The position numbers and the translations under genes are program-made. Shown here piece after piece: positions 26,321-35,524 of a DNA stretch of 64,000 nucleotides. The first letter of the stretch is position 1; each line of letters opens with the position of its first letter. This DNA is from an uncultured Gammaproteobacteria bacterium (lineage in GTDB: Bacteria > Patescibacteriota > Patescibacteriia > UBA11705 > JABHMO01), in the NCBI GenBank assembly GCA_964590105.1, contig CAZPYM010000002.1, positions 90,697 to 154,696 of the forward strand. Reading direction: 5' to 3'. The notes under the pieces are model-generated. The model made no database searches, was not told the origin of the DNA, and saw nothing but the letters and a program-made list of their open reading frames with translations.

Positions 26321-28471
26321 CTACGCTTTTTTGATTGACAAACTGATTTTGCCGTTTTCCGGATCAAGTTTGATTACTCTGACTTTTACTTCCTGGCCCT
26401 CTTTCAAATATTTATTTACATCCATAACTCTTTCTTTGTCGGTGATTTCCGAAATATGCAAAAGGCCTTCAGTCCCCGGGAAAATTTCTACAAAAGCGCC
26501 GAAATCAGTTATTTTGATAACCTTGCCATTGTATATTTTATCGAGCTCTGGTTCGCGTGTTAAATCTTCAATCCAGGCTTTCGCTTTTTTCATTCCTTCA
26601 GCGGAAACAGAGGTGACGTATACGCTTCCGTCGTCTTCAATATCGATTGCCACGCCGGTTTCATCAATAATTTTATTAATTATTTTGCCACCCGGCCCGA
26701 TTACCATTCGGATTTTATCAGGATTGATTTTAATCGTTTCAATGCGCGGGGCGTGTTCGGAAAGTTCAGCTCTTGGCGCCGGGATATTTTTGATGATCAC
26801 GTCAAGGATTTCGTTTAATGCTTGCCGGCCTTGTGATAATGCTTGGCCAATAATTTCAAGCGTTAAACCGTCAGTCTTTGTGTCCATTTGAATCGCTGTC
26901 AAGCCATCATAGGTTCCGGTCATTTTGAAGTCCATCCCGCCCTCGCCATCTTCAAGATCCTGAATGTCAGTTAGAATTTTAAATTCTTTATGATTTGCCG
27001 AAGAAGCTAGTCCCATGGCAATGCCGGCAACAGGTTTTTTGATTGGAACGCCGGCGTCCATTAACGCCAATGTTGATCCGCAGGTTGAAGCCATTGAGCT
27101 TGAGCCATTTGAGCCAAGCACTTCTGATACAACGCGAATTGTATATGGGAAAGTTTCTTTGTCTGGAATCATTGGTTGGAGCGCTTTTTCTGCGAGAGCG
27201 CCATGTCCGATTTCTCTTCGTCCGGCGCCGCGCATGAAAGCTGCCTCGCCAACTGAGAACGGCGGGAAGTTATAATGATGCATGTATCTTTTTTTGCCGA
27301 CGGTTTCCATTTCATCCAGAACCTGTTCATCGCCTGGCGATCCCAGGGTGACCACTGATAGAACTTGGGTTTCACCGCGATTAAATAGACCGCTGCCATG
27401 TACTCTTGGGATCAGTCCGACCTGGCAACTTAATTCGCGAATGTCAGTCAGTTTTCTACCATCCACGCGTTGTCCTCGTTCAATGAGCGCGCTGGTAATC
27501 TGTTCGTCAATAAAGGGGTCAAAGAATTCCATGATTTTCTTGCGGCGGTCTTTGCCAACCTGCTTTTGTAGTAAATGTTCTTCCAGAAGCTCCTTGACTT
27601 TGCTTAGGGTTTTTTTCCTTTCTCCCTTGCTTCCCTTTGGAATGTTGAACAGATATTTTTCCAATTCTTTTTTAGCTATTTCCCGGCATTCATCCTGCAG
27701 TTTAGTTAATTCGACCAAACCCATTTTTTGATTTTCGTCCAGGTCTTCAAGGTCAACGTCAACTTTTGGCAGGAGCTGTTTTTCCTTGCCAACTTTCTTG
27801 CGGATGTCGTCGATGAAGCTGACTATTTTTTTGCCATGCTTTAGTCCGAATTCAAAAGCGTCCAAAACAGTTTTTTCATCAATTTCATTGGCGCCGGCTT
27901 CAACCATCACTACTTTGTTGGCAGTCATTGAAAAAGTTAAATCAAGGTTTGATTTTTGTCTGGCAACGTAAGTCGGGTTAATCACCCATTCGTTTTCGAT
28001 TTTTCCAATGCGGATGCAAGTCAGGGGGCCATTAAAAGGGATGTCTGAAATGTGCAGTGCGATTGATGCGCCAATTGTGGCCGGAATATCGGCGTCATTT
28101 TCACCGTCAATCGAAAGCACGGTGATAATCACCTGGATCGCCCGGCGGATTGATTGATCAAAAAGCGGACGAAGTCCCCTGTCGATCATTCGTGAAACCA
28201 AAACTGCTTCATCGCTTGGTCTGGTTTCGCGTTTAATAAATCTGGATCCTTTGATTCTGCCGGCGGCGTATAATTTTTCTGAATACTCCACCATCAGAGG
28301 AAAGTAACTCGCGTTTTCATCTACTTCTGAATTCATGACCGCGGTCGCGAGTACCAGCGTGTCTCCGTACTGAACTGTGCAACTGCCATTAGCCTGCAAA
28401 GCAAGATCGCCGGTTTTAACAATGAGTTTTTTGCCGGCAAACTCTGTTTCAAATGTTTGCGTTTTTTCCAT
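26321..28471 (-). CDS. pnp: Polyribonucleotide nucleotidyltransferase (PNPase)
   Basis: 716 aa with two RNase PH domains, KH and S1 (GKVIKITDFGAFVEIFPGTEGLLHISE). Confidence 0.97.
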   Translation of the reverse strand: MEKTQTFETEFAGKKLIVKTGDLALQANGSCTVQYGDTLVLATAVMNSEVDENASYFPLMVEYSEKLYAAGRIKGSRFIKRETRPSDEAVLVSRMIDRGLRPLFDQSIRRAIQVIITVLSIDGENDADIPATIGASIALHISDIPFNGPLTCIRIGKIENEWVINPTYVARQKSNLDLTFSMTANKVVMVEAGANEIDEKTVLDAFEFGLKHGKKIVSFIDDIRKKVGKEKQLLPKVDVDLEDLDENQKMGLVELTKLQDECREIAKKELEKYLFNIPKGSKGERKKTLSKVKELLEEHLLQKQVGKDRRKKIMEFFDPFIDEQITSALIERGQRVDGRKLTDIRELSCQVGLIPRVHGSGLFNRGETQVLSVVTLGSPGDEQVLDEMETVGKKRYMHHYNFPPFSVGEAAFMRGAGRREIGHGALAEKALQPMIPDKETFPYTIRVVSEVLGSNGSSSMASTCGSTLALMDAGVPIKKPVAGIAMGLASSANHKEFKILTDIQDLEDGEGGMDFKMTGTYDGLTAIQMDTKTDGLTLEIIGQALSQGRQALNEILDVIIKNIPAPRAELSEHAPRIETIKINPDKIRMVIGPGGKIINKIIDETGVAIDIEDDGSVYVTSVSAEGMKKAKAWIEDLTREPELDKIYNGKVIKITDFGAFVEIFPGTEGLLHISEITDKERVMDVNKYLKEGQEVKVRVIKLDPENGKISLSIKKA

Positions 28472-28721
28472 AAATTTTTTCTGGCCGCCAAATTACAGAT
28501 CTCTTTTTGGGTGGAAGTTGGTACTTGGTATATAGATGCGGGATTAGAAAATGGACGCTGGAGGTTGAAATTAGGAATTGAATTTAACTCCAATTTCTTA
28601 CCTCCTTTCTCGTATCCATATACCACGCACCCACTTCCCTTGGTTAAAGAAATCTACTTATCTGACGACCAAGTTAATTATTTTAATAAAAGGAAGGCCC
28701 TCAATAGGAGGGCCGCCTTTT

Positions 28722-29114
28722 TTATTCGTTTTCGTTATTTTTTTCTTTTTGGTCTTTCTCGATTTGTTCTGCCTCTGATTCTGCGGCCACAGTGGCAATT
28801 TCTTCTTCAAGAAGTTTTTGTATTTCCTGATCTCTTTTCATCCTGGAGGTTGGTTTTAATTTTAATTCCTGAATAAGTTTGGCAAAACTTTCCGGGTTGT
28901 CGATTTCAAGATAGCGGATCAAGCGTCTTCGTTCCCCCACTTTTTTCAATAGACCGCGTCTGGATGAATGGTCGTGCTTGTGGGCTTGGAGATGTTTGGT
29001 TAGCTCCTTGATTTCCTCGGTTAAAATGGCGATTTGCACTTCAGCTGACCCAGTGTCGGTCTCGTGTGTTTTGAATTTGCTGATGATTAATTGCTTTTTC
29101 TTTGGCGATAGCAT
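28722..29114 (-). CDS. rpsO: 30S ribosomal protein S15 with a roughly 40-aa acidic/Lys-rich C-terminal extension
   Basis: THETDTGSAEVQIAILTEEIKELTKHLQAHKHDHSSRRGLLKKVGERRRLIRYL is typical S15. Classic rpsO-pnp order. ATG at 29114 preferred over the GTG at 29132. Confidence 0.9.
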   Translation of the reverse strand: MLSPKKKQLIISKFKTHETDTGSAEVQIAILTEEIKELTKHLQAHKHDHSSRRGLLKKVGERRRLIRYLEIDNPESFAKLIQELKLKPTSRMKRDQEIQKLLEEEIATVAAESEAEQIEKDQKEKNNENE

Positions 29115-29354
29115 AATTTTGGCGCTTTCCACCGCTCGGCCGAGTATTCTATGAATATTCAGTAGCCGGAGCCGCAGAGGCGGGTGATTTATTTACTGAA
29201 TTTATATTATCACAAGTGGATAGATTTGGCAATAGTGACTGGTACGACTTGCGTTTTTGACTTTAGTGTCGTACAATATTGTCGGATAGATAGCGAGATC
29301 GTTTTTGTAAAAATGAAATATTAGGTCAATTTATTTTGCACCAAATTATTAGAT

Positions 29355-30227
29355 ATGTCGTCAGTAAATAAACTTATAACTGAATTTCTTTTTGACTTGA
29401 GAAAAAGAAAAAGAACCGAGCGCACGGCGCGCAACTATGATTTGTATTTACGCAGATTTTCAGGCTGGCTTGAGCAAAAGCAGATAGAAAACATGGGGCA
29501 AGTAACGCCGGAACTTATTGCCAAGTATAAAATTTGGCTAAAAAAAATAAAAAACCCGATAAAGAAAATTTATTTGAAAGAAAATACTCAGAATTATCAT
29601 TTGATTGCGCTAAGGGAGTTTATCAAGTATTTGGGAAAGAAAAAAATTTTGTCAATTACCAACCCGAAAATCAAATTGCCAAAAACCCTGAAAGTTAAGG
29701 CCGGCTTTCTCAGTAAAGAAGATGTTCAACTTTTATTGGAATCGCCAATGAAAATTTCACAACCCAGATTGATTCAGCTTCGCGATAGAGCGATATTGGA
29801 ATTGTTTTATTCTACCGGAATTCGAGTTTCTGAGGAGGCAAGCCTGCAGGTTAGCGATATAAATTTTCAAAAACAAGAAATTCTTGTTTGTTCCGGGCAG
29901 AAGAAAGAACGCAGAATTAAATTTTCCAATCAAGCCAAGCATTGGCTGGTTCAATATTTGGAAAGAAGAAAAAATAAAAGTAAATATGTTTTTGTGAGTC
30001 ACGACCGAGCAAAAGCAACAAGAGAAGATGCCGGGCTTAGCGCCAGAAGTTTAGAAAGAATAGTTGAAAAATATGCTAGAGGCGCCGGTATTGACAAAAA
30101 AGTCACTCCGCAGATGCTTCGTCATACATATGCATTTCTTTTGGTCGAAAGAACAGCTGATCCGCGGTCAGTTAAACAAAAACTCGGTCACCTTTCTCTA
30201 AATTCAGCGATGAGATACTTTGATTAA
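29355..30227 (+). CDS. Tyrosine site-specific recombinase (XerC/XerD-like integrase family)
   Basis: N-terminal SAM-like domain, then catalytic residues in the contexts GIRVSE (R), LRHTYAF (H-x-x-R) and GHLSLNSAMRY (H...Y). Confidence 0.85.
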   Translation: MSSVNKLITEFLFDLRKRKRTERTARNYDLYLRRFSGWLEQKQIENMGQVTPELIAKYKIWLKKIKNPIKKIYLKENTQNYHLIALREFIKYLGKKKILSITNPKIKLPKTLKVKAGFLSKEDVQLLLESPMKISQPRLIQLRDRAILELFYSTGIRVSEEASLQVSDINFQKQEILVCSGQKKERRIKFSNQAKHWLVQYLERRKNKSKYVFVSHDRAKATREDAGLSARSLERIVEKYARGAGIDKKVTPQMLRHTYAFLLVERTADPRSVKQKLGHLSLNSAMRYFD

Positions 30228-30589
30228 TCGTTTTTTTCGTGCTCGTTTCACTCGGTCGGAAACAGGGGGCGAAAGTTAATTGTTCCAAGTGTTGTAATCC
30301 GAACTTCGTGTATTATTGAAAAAAACTATTGTTTATGTTAGCATTACGGCGCCCTTTTACCTTTGCTCGTCCGAGCAAAGGTATTGTTCCTATCCTGCAA
30401 TTGCACATTACGCCTTATTACCCACTATTCGGTTGGAGCACTCACCACGAGTGCTCGCTATTTTTTTACTTTTAACGCATTTAAATAGGACCCTTTTGCT
30501 ATAAATATTGATTTAGTTTATGTTTTTAGATATGAATTGATTGACTATATATAGTAATCTGCTATAATTTTTTCAGAAAACGCACATAC

Positions 30590-30664
30590 GTCCCTATAGT
30601 TCAGTGGATAGAACACCAGCCTTCTAAGCTGGATACGCAGGTTCGATTCCTGCTGGGGACACCA
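30590..30664 (+). tRNA. tRNA-Arg (UCU), CCA encoded
   Basis: GUCCCUAUAGUUCAGUGGAUAGAACACCAGCCUUCUAAGCUGGAUACGCAGGUUCGAUUCCUGCUGGGGACACCA. A TTGACT-N16-TATAAT promoter lies at about 30541-30568. Confidence 0.9.
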
Positions 30665-30969
30665 TTTCGTTGGTAGTAGAAAGTGAAGAAGGGTTTACGG
30701 GATGTAATTGTAATATTAATTTAATATGACGCAGGTAAGACAGGGTGGATTCAGAATTTAAGTTGTTTAGCAATTAACCCAATTTAATATGAATAAAAAA
30801 AGAAAAGTTGCCATTAAGAAACAGCAAAAAAAGCAGGGAAAAGATGTACGATGCAGGTATAGATAATTTGCTGAAACGCTTGTAATATCAATTTATAATA
30901 ATATTTTACGACACTTTTTTGGTATTAATTTTATTATAATTATTGTTTTATCATGGCATTAATAGGGCT

Positions 30970-30991
30970 AAATGTTCCACGTGGAACATTT
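30970..30991 (+). terminator. Perfect 22-bp palindrome AAATGTTCCACGTGGAACATTT (copy 1), hairpin plus T-run on the plus strand
   Basis: Perfect palindrome followed by TTTTAT. Identical to the copy at 31641-31662. Confidence 0.5.
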
Positions 30992-31062
30992 TTATAATCT
31001 GATTCATGCGGGCTGAATTCGTTCAGCGAGTTCATTACCTAACTTACTTAATTTCTTTGCGT

Positions 31063-31137
31063 GCTCCCGTAGTTCAGTGGATAGAACAAGACACTCCTAA
31101 CGTCTAGACGCAGGTTCGATTCCTGCCGGGGGCACCA
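31063..31137 (+). tRNA. tRNA-Arg (CCU), CCA encoded
   Basis: GCUCCCGUAGUUCAGUGGAUAGAACAAGACACUCCUAACGUCUAGACGCAGGUUCGAUUCCUGCCGGGGGCACCA. Confidence 0.85.
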
Positions 31138-31640
31138 TGAATCACTTGCCCCTTTGGGACTCGGGTTCATGGCAAGCCATGAATATTAGAATATCTGTGG
31201 ATCTCGGGTTCATTCTTCCCGTGCACTTGAACACAGAAAGCAGTACATGGGCAACGGCGTTGATTGTGAAATGAATTTGGAAGCTGTTATCTTTGAGTAA
31301 ACAATACTAATTTGAAGTTAGTATTTTTTGTTTGCTAAAGCAATGTACAAATATCAAGAATCAATGATAAATGGTAATATTGCTCGTATTGCTGGACGGA
31401 TTTTATGAATAATGCAGGATTTGCTCGAATATTAAATAGCCCAATATTTTATAAAACACCAAAAACTGTGGAAAACATGGTGATAACTGTTGATTTTTGG
31501 GCTATTTGTACACACTAGTGTAGCCAAGTGGGGGGGCTTGGGTTTAGTAAATTGGAAATTCGGAATTGGGGTTGATGGGAAATTTAGTAATATTGATAGC
31601 TCAAAAAAAAACTAAAGAAGATTTGCTGGTAAAAAGAAAA

Positions 31641-31662
31641 AAATGTTCCACGTGGAACATTT
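31641..31662 (-). terminator. Perfect 22-bp palindrome AAATGTTCCACGTGGAACATTT (copy 2), hairpin plus T-run on the minus strand
   Basis: On the minus strand it is followed by TTTTTTCTTTTT, about 75 nt downstream of the TrmB-like gene stop. Confidence 0.55.
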
Positions 31663-31736
31663 GTACAAACATTCAGAAGGACATTTGATTTTGTTAGTCA
31701 TTTTATATGAATATATGAGTCGCAAAATAATAATTA

Positions 31737-32498
31737 TTAGTATTTCAATGTTTTAGCTGATTTCCATGCTTGTTCGAAAAGTGTTTTATGTGTTTCAGCC
31801 AAATCCTTGTTTTCAATAATGATCACGTAATATTTGTTTTTGTTATAAGGCAGGAAGGCAATTTTATTGCCAAAAATAATATTATCACCGCGACCGCAAC
31901 CAAATTTTTTGTTAAAAAAGCGAATTGTATGATTAGGGTTTTTAATTTTTGTAACAACATTGGCGTATTTTACGTTTGCTTCATCAAGGGGGAGGAGCTC
32001 GCGGGTTTTTACGTCGGGATTTTTTAAAGTGTCTTTATATTCTTCGAATATATCTGAATAAAGATCTACAGGTTCAATAATTGAACCATAAAAAACAGCT
32101 TCTTGGCCGGTTTTCAGAAAATTAAGAACCTCGCGGTAAACCTGCACCACCCCATCCTTTCCTTCAAAAAATTGAACTTCCGGTTTGTTAGGCTGTTGGT
32201 TATATATCGCCATCAAGTTTGGAATAGCCTTTTCTAGGTTCTTCTCTCGCTGCTTTAATTGGGTCAATAGATTCTTTGGTGAAGCGGCGCTATATAGCGT
32301 GGCTTTTTTTGTTTTGCGAAAACTGACAAGTCCGCGTTCTGCTAGGGTTTGAAGGATTACATAGGTTGTCGGGCGTTTAACTCGGGCAATTGTTGAAATA
32401 TTAAAAACCGTGTCTTCGCCCAACTGAAGACAAGTAAGGTAAATGGCGGACTGTTTTTGATCAAAGCCAATTGATTTTAGTGTTTGTGAGAGTTCCAT
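31737..32498 (-). CDS. TrmB-family transcriptional regulator (N-terminal wHTH)
   Basis: LKSIGFDQKQSAIYLTCLQLGEDTVFNISTIARVKRPTTYVILQTLAERGLV is a typical TrmB HTH. The promoter ATTGACAGTGAAAT-N-TATACT lies about 150 nt upstream, and the leader is GC-rich and structured. Confidence 0.75.
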   Translation of the reverse strand: MELSQTLKSIGFDQKQSAIYLTCLQLGEDTVFNISTIARVKRPTTYVILQTLAERGLVSFRKTKKATLYSAASPKNLLTQLKQREKNLEKAIPNLMAIYNQQPNKPEVQFFEGKDGVVQVYREVLNFLKTGQEAVFYGSIIEPVDLYSDIFEEYKDTLKNPDVKTRELLPLDEANVKYANVVTKIKNPNHTIRFFNKKFGCGRGDNIIFGNKIAFLPYNKNKYYVIIIENKDLAETHKTLFEQAWKSAKTLKY

Positions 32499-32743
32499 GG
32501 TTGAGGTCTGTCATGCTTTAAGGTTTTTGCGTATTCTCGCAAACACACCTCAGCGCGACAGGCAATAAGCCGTCACCCACCACGACGAGGCGTTTTATTA
32601 GAATACATAAAACCTCGGACTGGGACAGGGTGGGGGCAAGTAAAGTATAACAAACGTTTATTTCACTGTCAATATTTCTGACAACAGTTGCTAATAACTT
32701 GCGTTTTGTTATATAAAATTAGTCAAATAACCTTATATAATGA

Positions 32744-32772
32744 TTGACAGTAGATTTGCTATGTGCTATAAT
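32744..32772 (+). promoter_or_regulatory. Consensus sigma70 promoter of the two-gene cassette (shared promoter module)
   Basis: TTGACA (32744-32749), 17-nt spacer, TATAAT (32767-32772). The surrounding roughly 60 nt are closely similar to 35468-35526. Confidence 0.7.
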
Positions 32773-32908
32773 TCCGTGTTAGTTAAGGTTGGGAATTGTT
32801 CATTTAACTTTCAGTGGAGGGAAGCAGTGAAAAGATTTAACGACGATGATTTTAGCAATTTTATGTGTTGGGAAATGTTCGTTGATAATTTAATCATGGA
32901 GGAATGAA

Positions 32909-33442
32909 ATGGAAATTGCGAAAAAGATTGTCAACGGAAAATTTGAAAGTGCGTACAGGTATTTTATGAATAGACATAAGGGATGCTCTTCGTTAATGAT
33001 TGTTTTTTCTTCTTTTTTATCCCTTTGTCTTAGCGTCTGGACAGTGTTTGGTATTGTCGGCGGAACGGAAAACGAGCTTCAATGTTGCGTTGGTTTTTTT
33101 CTGTCGGGGTTTATGTTTTATGTTTGTCTGCGCCACAGTTTGATTGACGTAAATTCTGTAATTGTGCCGAAGATTTTGCTGAACGAGGTAACAATGTTTT
33201 GTATAGAGAATAAGCAGCTTTCTGTAGTTTTGTCATTGAGAAATAAAACAGAAAAAAGTGATGATGATTGCCTTGAATTGGATCAGCGACTAAATGCTTG
33301 CCAGATTTATCTTCAAAACAAGCGTTATGTAAATTTGGAAAAGAATAGGATTGAGAGATTAAAAAAATTAATTGCCTGCAAGGAAAAAGAAATTAATGAA
33401 TTTGAAAACGAATTTGGGCTTGGAGGTGATGATAATGCCTGA
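32909..33442 (+). CDS. Orphan membrane protein (2 TM) with a C-terminal coiled coil, 177 aa
   Basis: RBS GGAGGA. TM segments SSLMIVFSSFLSLCLSVWTVFGIV and CCVGFFLSGFMFYVCL. C-terminal heptad-like NRIERLKKLIACKEKEINEFENEF. I recognised no family. Confidence 0.6.
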   Translation: MEIAKKIVNGKFESAYRYFMNRHKGCSSLMIVFSSFLSLCLSVWTVFGIVGGTENELQCCVGFFLSGFMFYVCLRHSLIDVNSVIVPKILLNEVTMFCIENKQLSVVLSLRNKTEKSDDDCLELDQRLNACQIYLQNKRYVNLEKNRIERLKKLIACKEKEINEFENEFGLGGDDNA

Positions 33443-33929
33443 AAAAATCAGACCGATAAAATGGAAATGCAGTTGTTGCCAGCGAGTATATTCAGAAAAG
33501 AATTCAGCGATTGAATGTGAAAAAAGGGATGCATGGTTGATGAGAGTGAAGATTGCCCTGGATCAACATCTGCCAGCTAAAGCAATTTTTTGGCGTGGTG
33601 ATCGCGCAGGCGAATATACGGTCGTAACTTCGGAGCCGAAGTGCATTATGAAAGATTGTTTTCCTCAGAGTGATTGGCAAAACAAACCATTAGAACATTG
33701 GATCCGTTTGACCTTTGTTTTGTATCGCAATCGGGATGTTGGCAAAAAAGGTCGTGGGTTACCGCTCGAATGGGGTCATTCCGAACATTTGGAATTTAGA
33801 ATGTTTGACCCGGCTGTTTTTGAAAAGATCAAGGAAATTATGCGCGGAGAAATTGAAATTTGTGTTGTGTGGCCGAGCGCCGCAGAATTCTATAATGATT
33901 CCGAGCAGTTTGTAATAAAACGGAAGTAG
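33435..33929 (+). CDS. Orphan protein with an N-terminal Cys cluster (zinc-ribbon-like), 164 aa
   Basis: ATG at 33435 is preceded by GGAGGTG and overlaps the upstream stop by 8 nt. Sequence MPEKIRPIKWKCSCCQRVYSEKNSAIECEKRD... I recognised no family. Confidence 0.6.
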   Translation: MPEKIRPIKWKCSCCQRVYSEKNSAIECEKRDAWLMRVKIALDQHLPAKAIFWRGDRAGEYTVVTSEPKCIMKDCFPQSDWQNKPLEHWIRLTFVLYRNRDVGKKGRGLPLEWGHSEHLEFRMFDPAVFEKIKEIMRGEIEICVVWPSAAEFYNDSEQFVIKRK

Positions 33930-33936
33930 AGTAGAA

Positions 33937-33974
33937 AATTCCCACCTTGAGCATATTCAAGGTGGGAATTTTAT
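33937..33974. terminator. Bidirectional terminator hairpin between convergent genes
   Basis: 12-bp perfect stem aattcccacctt/aaggtgggaatt with A/T runs on both sides. Confidence 0.7.
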
Positions 33975-34196
33975 TTAGACGTTTATCTCGATTATTTTAT
34001 TTTTTTTACTTAGGCCAGATTTAACCGCAATTAATGACTTTGGTATTTTTAAGTATTCGCTTAAAAGATTAACTAGCGCCTTATTGGCTTTTCCTTTTTC
34101 CGGCGCGGCCGTTGTTCTCACATGAAAAAATTTAGATTTAAGTTGAATAACCTCATTGCGGGAGGCTTTGGTTGAGACTTTGACGTTAATTAGCAT
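33975..34196 (-). CDS. DUF167/YggU-family protein
   Basis: The 73-aa sequence VKVSTKASRNEV...VRTTAAPEKGKANKALVNLLSEYLKIPKSLIAVKSGLSKKNKIIEI matches the YggU pattern. Confidence 0.75.
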   Translation of the reverse strand: MLINVKVSTKASRNEVIQLKSKFFHVRTTAAPEKGKANKALVNLLSEYLKIPKSLIAVKSGLSKKNKIIEINV

Positions 34197-34283
34197 AATT
34201 TGATTTGAATAGGGGATATGGGTAGTGAATTCCTATAAATTGTAGCACAAATAAAAAAAGGGGAACATTGTTCCCCCAGCAGA

Positions 34284-34724
34284 CTATTTTTTGATTTTCC
34301 ATTGGGTAACTTGTTTAATCAACATCTTAACATCGCCCGGGCCATAGGGTAGGGTCAATTGGGCGGAGGGGATTTTGTTCGCGTATTGATCTAGCAAGGT
34401 CGGGGCAAATACCAACAGTTGGTAAGAGTCCGAATCCTTTAGGATTTCAGCACGGTGATCCACAAGACAAAGCCGTGGCGACGTTATTCTGCCAATGCAG
34501 GCCAGCGCCGTAATTTCGTTGTCGGGATACTGTTTCAAATCGTTTCTCACGTTGAGAATCAGCATTCCGTGTAAGTTGTCTATTGATTCAATCTCCAGCA
34601 AAATTTCATCTGAATTGGCGACGGGGGCCGGCGGGATGTTTTTTTCGACTGGAGTTGATTTGACTTTCTGCTGACATGCAATTGAAATCAAGCAACTGCA
34701 GATCATTAGTGCCGCATTTCTCAT
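34284..34724 (-). CDS. Orphan putative lipoprotein, 146 aa (GC-richer cassette)
   Basis: Signal peptide plus lipobox-like LISIAC. RBS GGAGGGA. Promoter TTGACA (34790-34785), N17, TAACTT. Terminator ggggaa-caatg-ttcccc plus T7 at 34252-34276. Confidence 0.6.
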   Translation of the reverse strand: MRNAALMICSCLISIACQQKVKSTPVEKNIPPAPVANSDEILLEIESIDNLHGMLILNVRNDLKQYPDNEITALACIGRITSPRLCLVDHRAEILKDSDSYQLLVFAPTLLDQYANKIPSAQLTLPYGPGDVKMLIKQVTQWKIKK

Positions 34725-34814
34725 GTGCTCCCTCCACGAATGAACAAAAGCAATAAGCTATAAGTTAGCATTTAAAAATAAATTTGTCAACGTCAAATGT
34801 CAGTTCAAATAAAA

Positions 34815-35420
34815 TTATTCAAACATGGACACATCTCCTTTTCCCCCACGAAGCACAATCGGTTCGTCGCCAGATAGATCAATTACTGATGAAGCTTCGT
34901 TTTTTAGAACGCCGGCGTCAATAATTAAATCAACCTTGTCGCCAAACTGTTTTTCAATTTCCAGTGGATCGGAAAAATTTGGTTCTTGCGTAATGTTCAC
35001 GCTGGTGCTGACGATCGGATTGCCAAGGGCTTTGATCAGTTGCAAACAAACTGAATTATTGGGAATGCGGATTGCCACTGTTTTTTTGTTTGGGATTAAT
35101 TCATTTGGAACAAGTTTGGTTGCTTTGAAAATAAAGGTGTAGGGACCAGGTAAAAGCCGTTTCATTGTTTTGTAAGCATAATCTGAAACAATGGCGTATT
35201 TGGATATTTCAGTTAAATCAGCGCAAATAAAACTAAAGCCAGTTGCTTTCTTTTTTTTAATTTTATAAATTCTCTCAACGGCTTGCTTGCAATATATATC
35301 GCAACCAAAGCCGTAAATCGTGTCGGTAGGGTAAACAATAACGCCGCAGTTTTTTAGAATATCCACGGCTTGTTTGATTTTTGGATATTCCGGGGTTTGA
35401 TTGTTGATTTCTATTAACAT
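34815..35420 (-). CDS. tsaC: L-threonylcarbamoyladenylate synthase (YrdC/TsaC/Sua5 family)
   Basis: YrdC-domain motifs VIVYPTDTIYGFGCD, KKKKATGFSFI, PGPYTFIF, AIRIPN and STSVN. Confidence 0.9.
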   Translation of the reverse strand: MLIEINNQTPEYPKIKQAVDILKNCGVIVYPTDTIYGFGCDIYCKQAVERIYKIKKKKATGFSFICADLTEISKYAIVSDYAYKTMKRLLPGPYTFIFKATKLVPNELIPNKKTVAIRIPNNSVCLQLIKALGNPIVSTSVNITQEPNFSDPLEIEKQFGDKVDLIIDAGVLKNEASSVIDLSGDEPIVLRGGKGDVSMFE

Positions 35421-35495
35421 AGGGTTACAGATGTACAGATCTGAATACAGATTATACAGATTTAAGTAAAATTAGTGAAAAGATGGCTAATATAA

Positions 35496-35524
35496 TTGAC
35501 AGTAGATTAAATATATGATATAAT
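35496..35524 (+). promoter_or_regulatory. Consensus sigma70 promoter (second copy of the shared module)
   Basis: TTGACA (35496-35501), 17-nt spacer, TATAAT (35519-35524). The ATTGACAGTAGATT core is identical to the 32743-32756 copy. Confidence 0.7.

Noticed and set aside
26199-26891. 230-aa plus-strand ORF antisense to the pnp 3' end
   Set aside because: It overlaps the unambiguous PNPase gene and is Ser/Ile/Leu-rich with no RBS.
30316-30504. 62-aa ORF after the recombinase gene
   Set aside because: There is no RBS and the composition is odd. The region contains two perfect hairpins (cctttgctcg/cgagcaaagg; gagcactc/gagtgctc plus a T-run), which suggests terminator or RNA structure rather than coding sequence.
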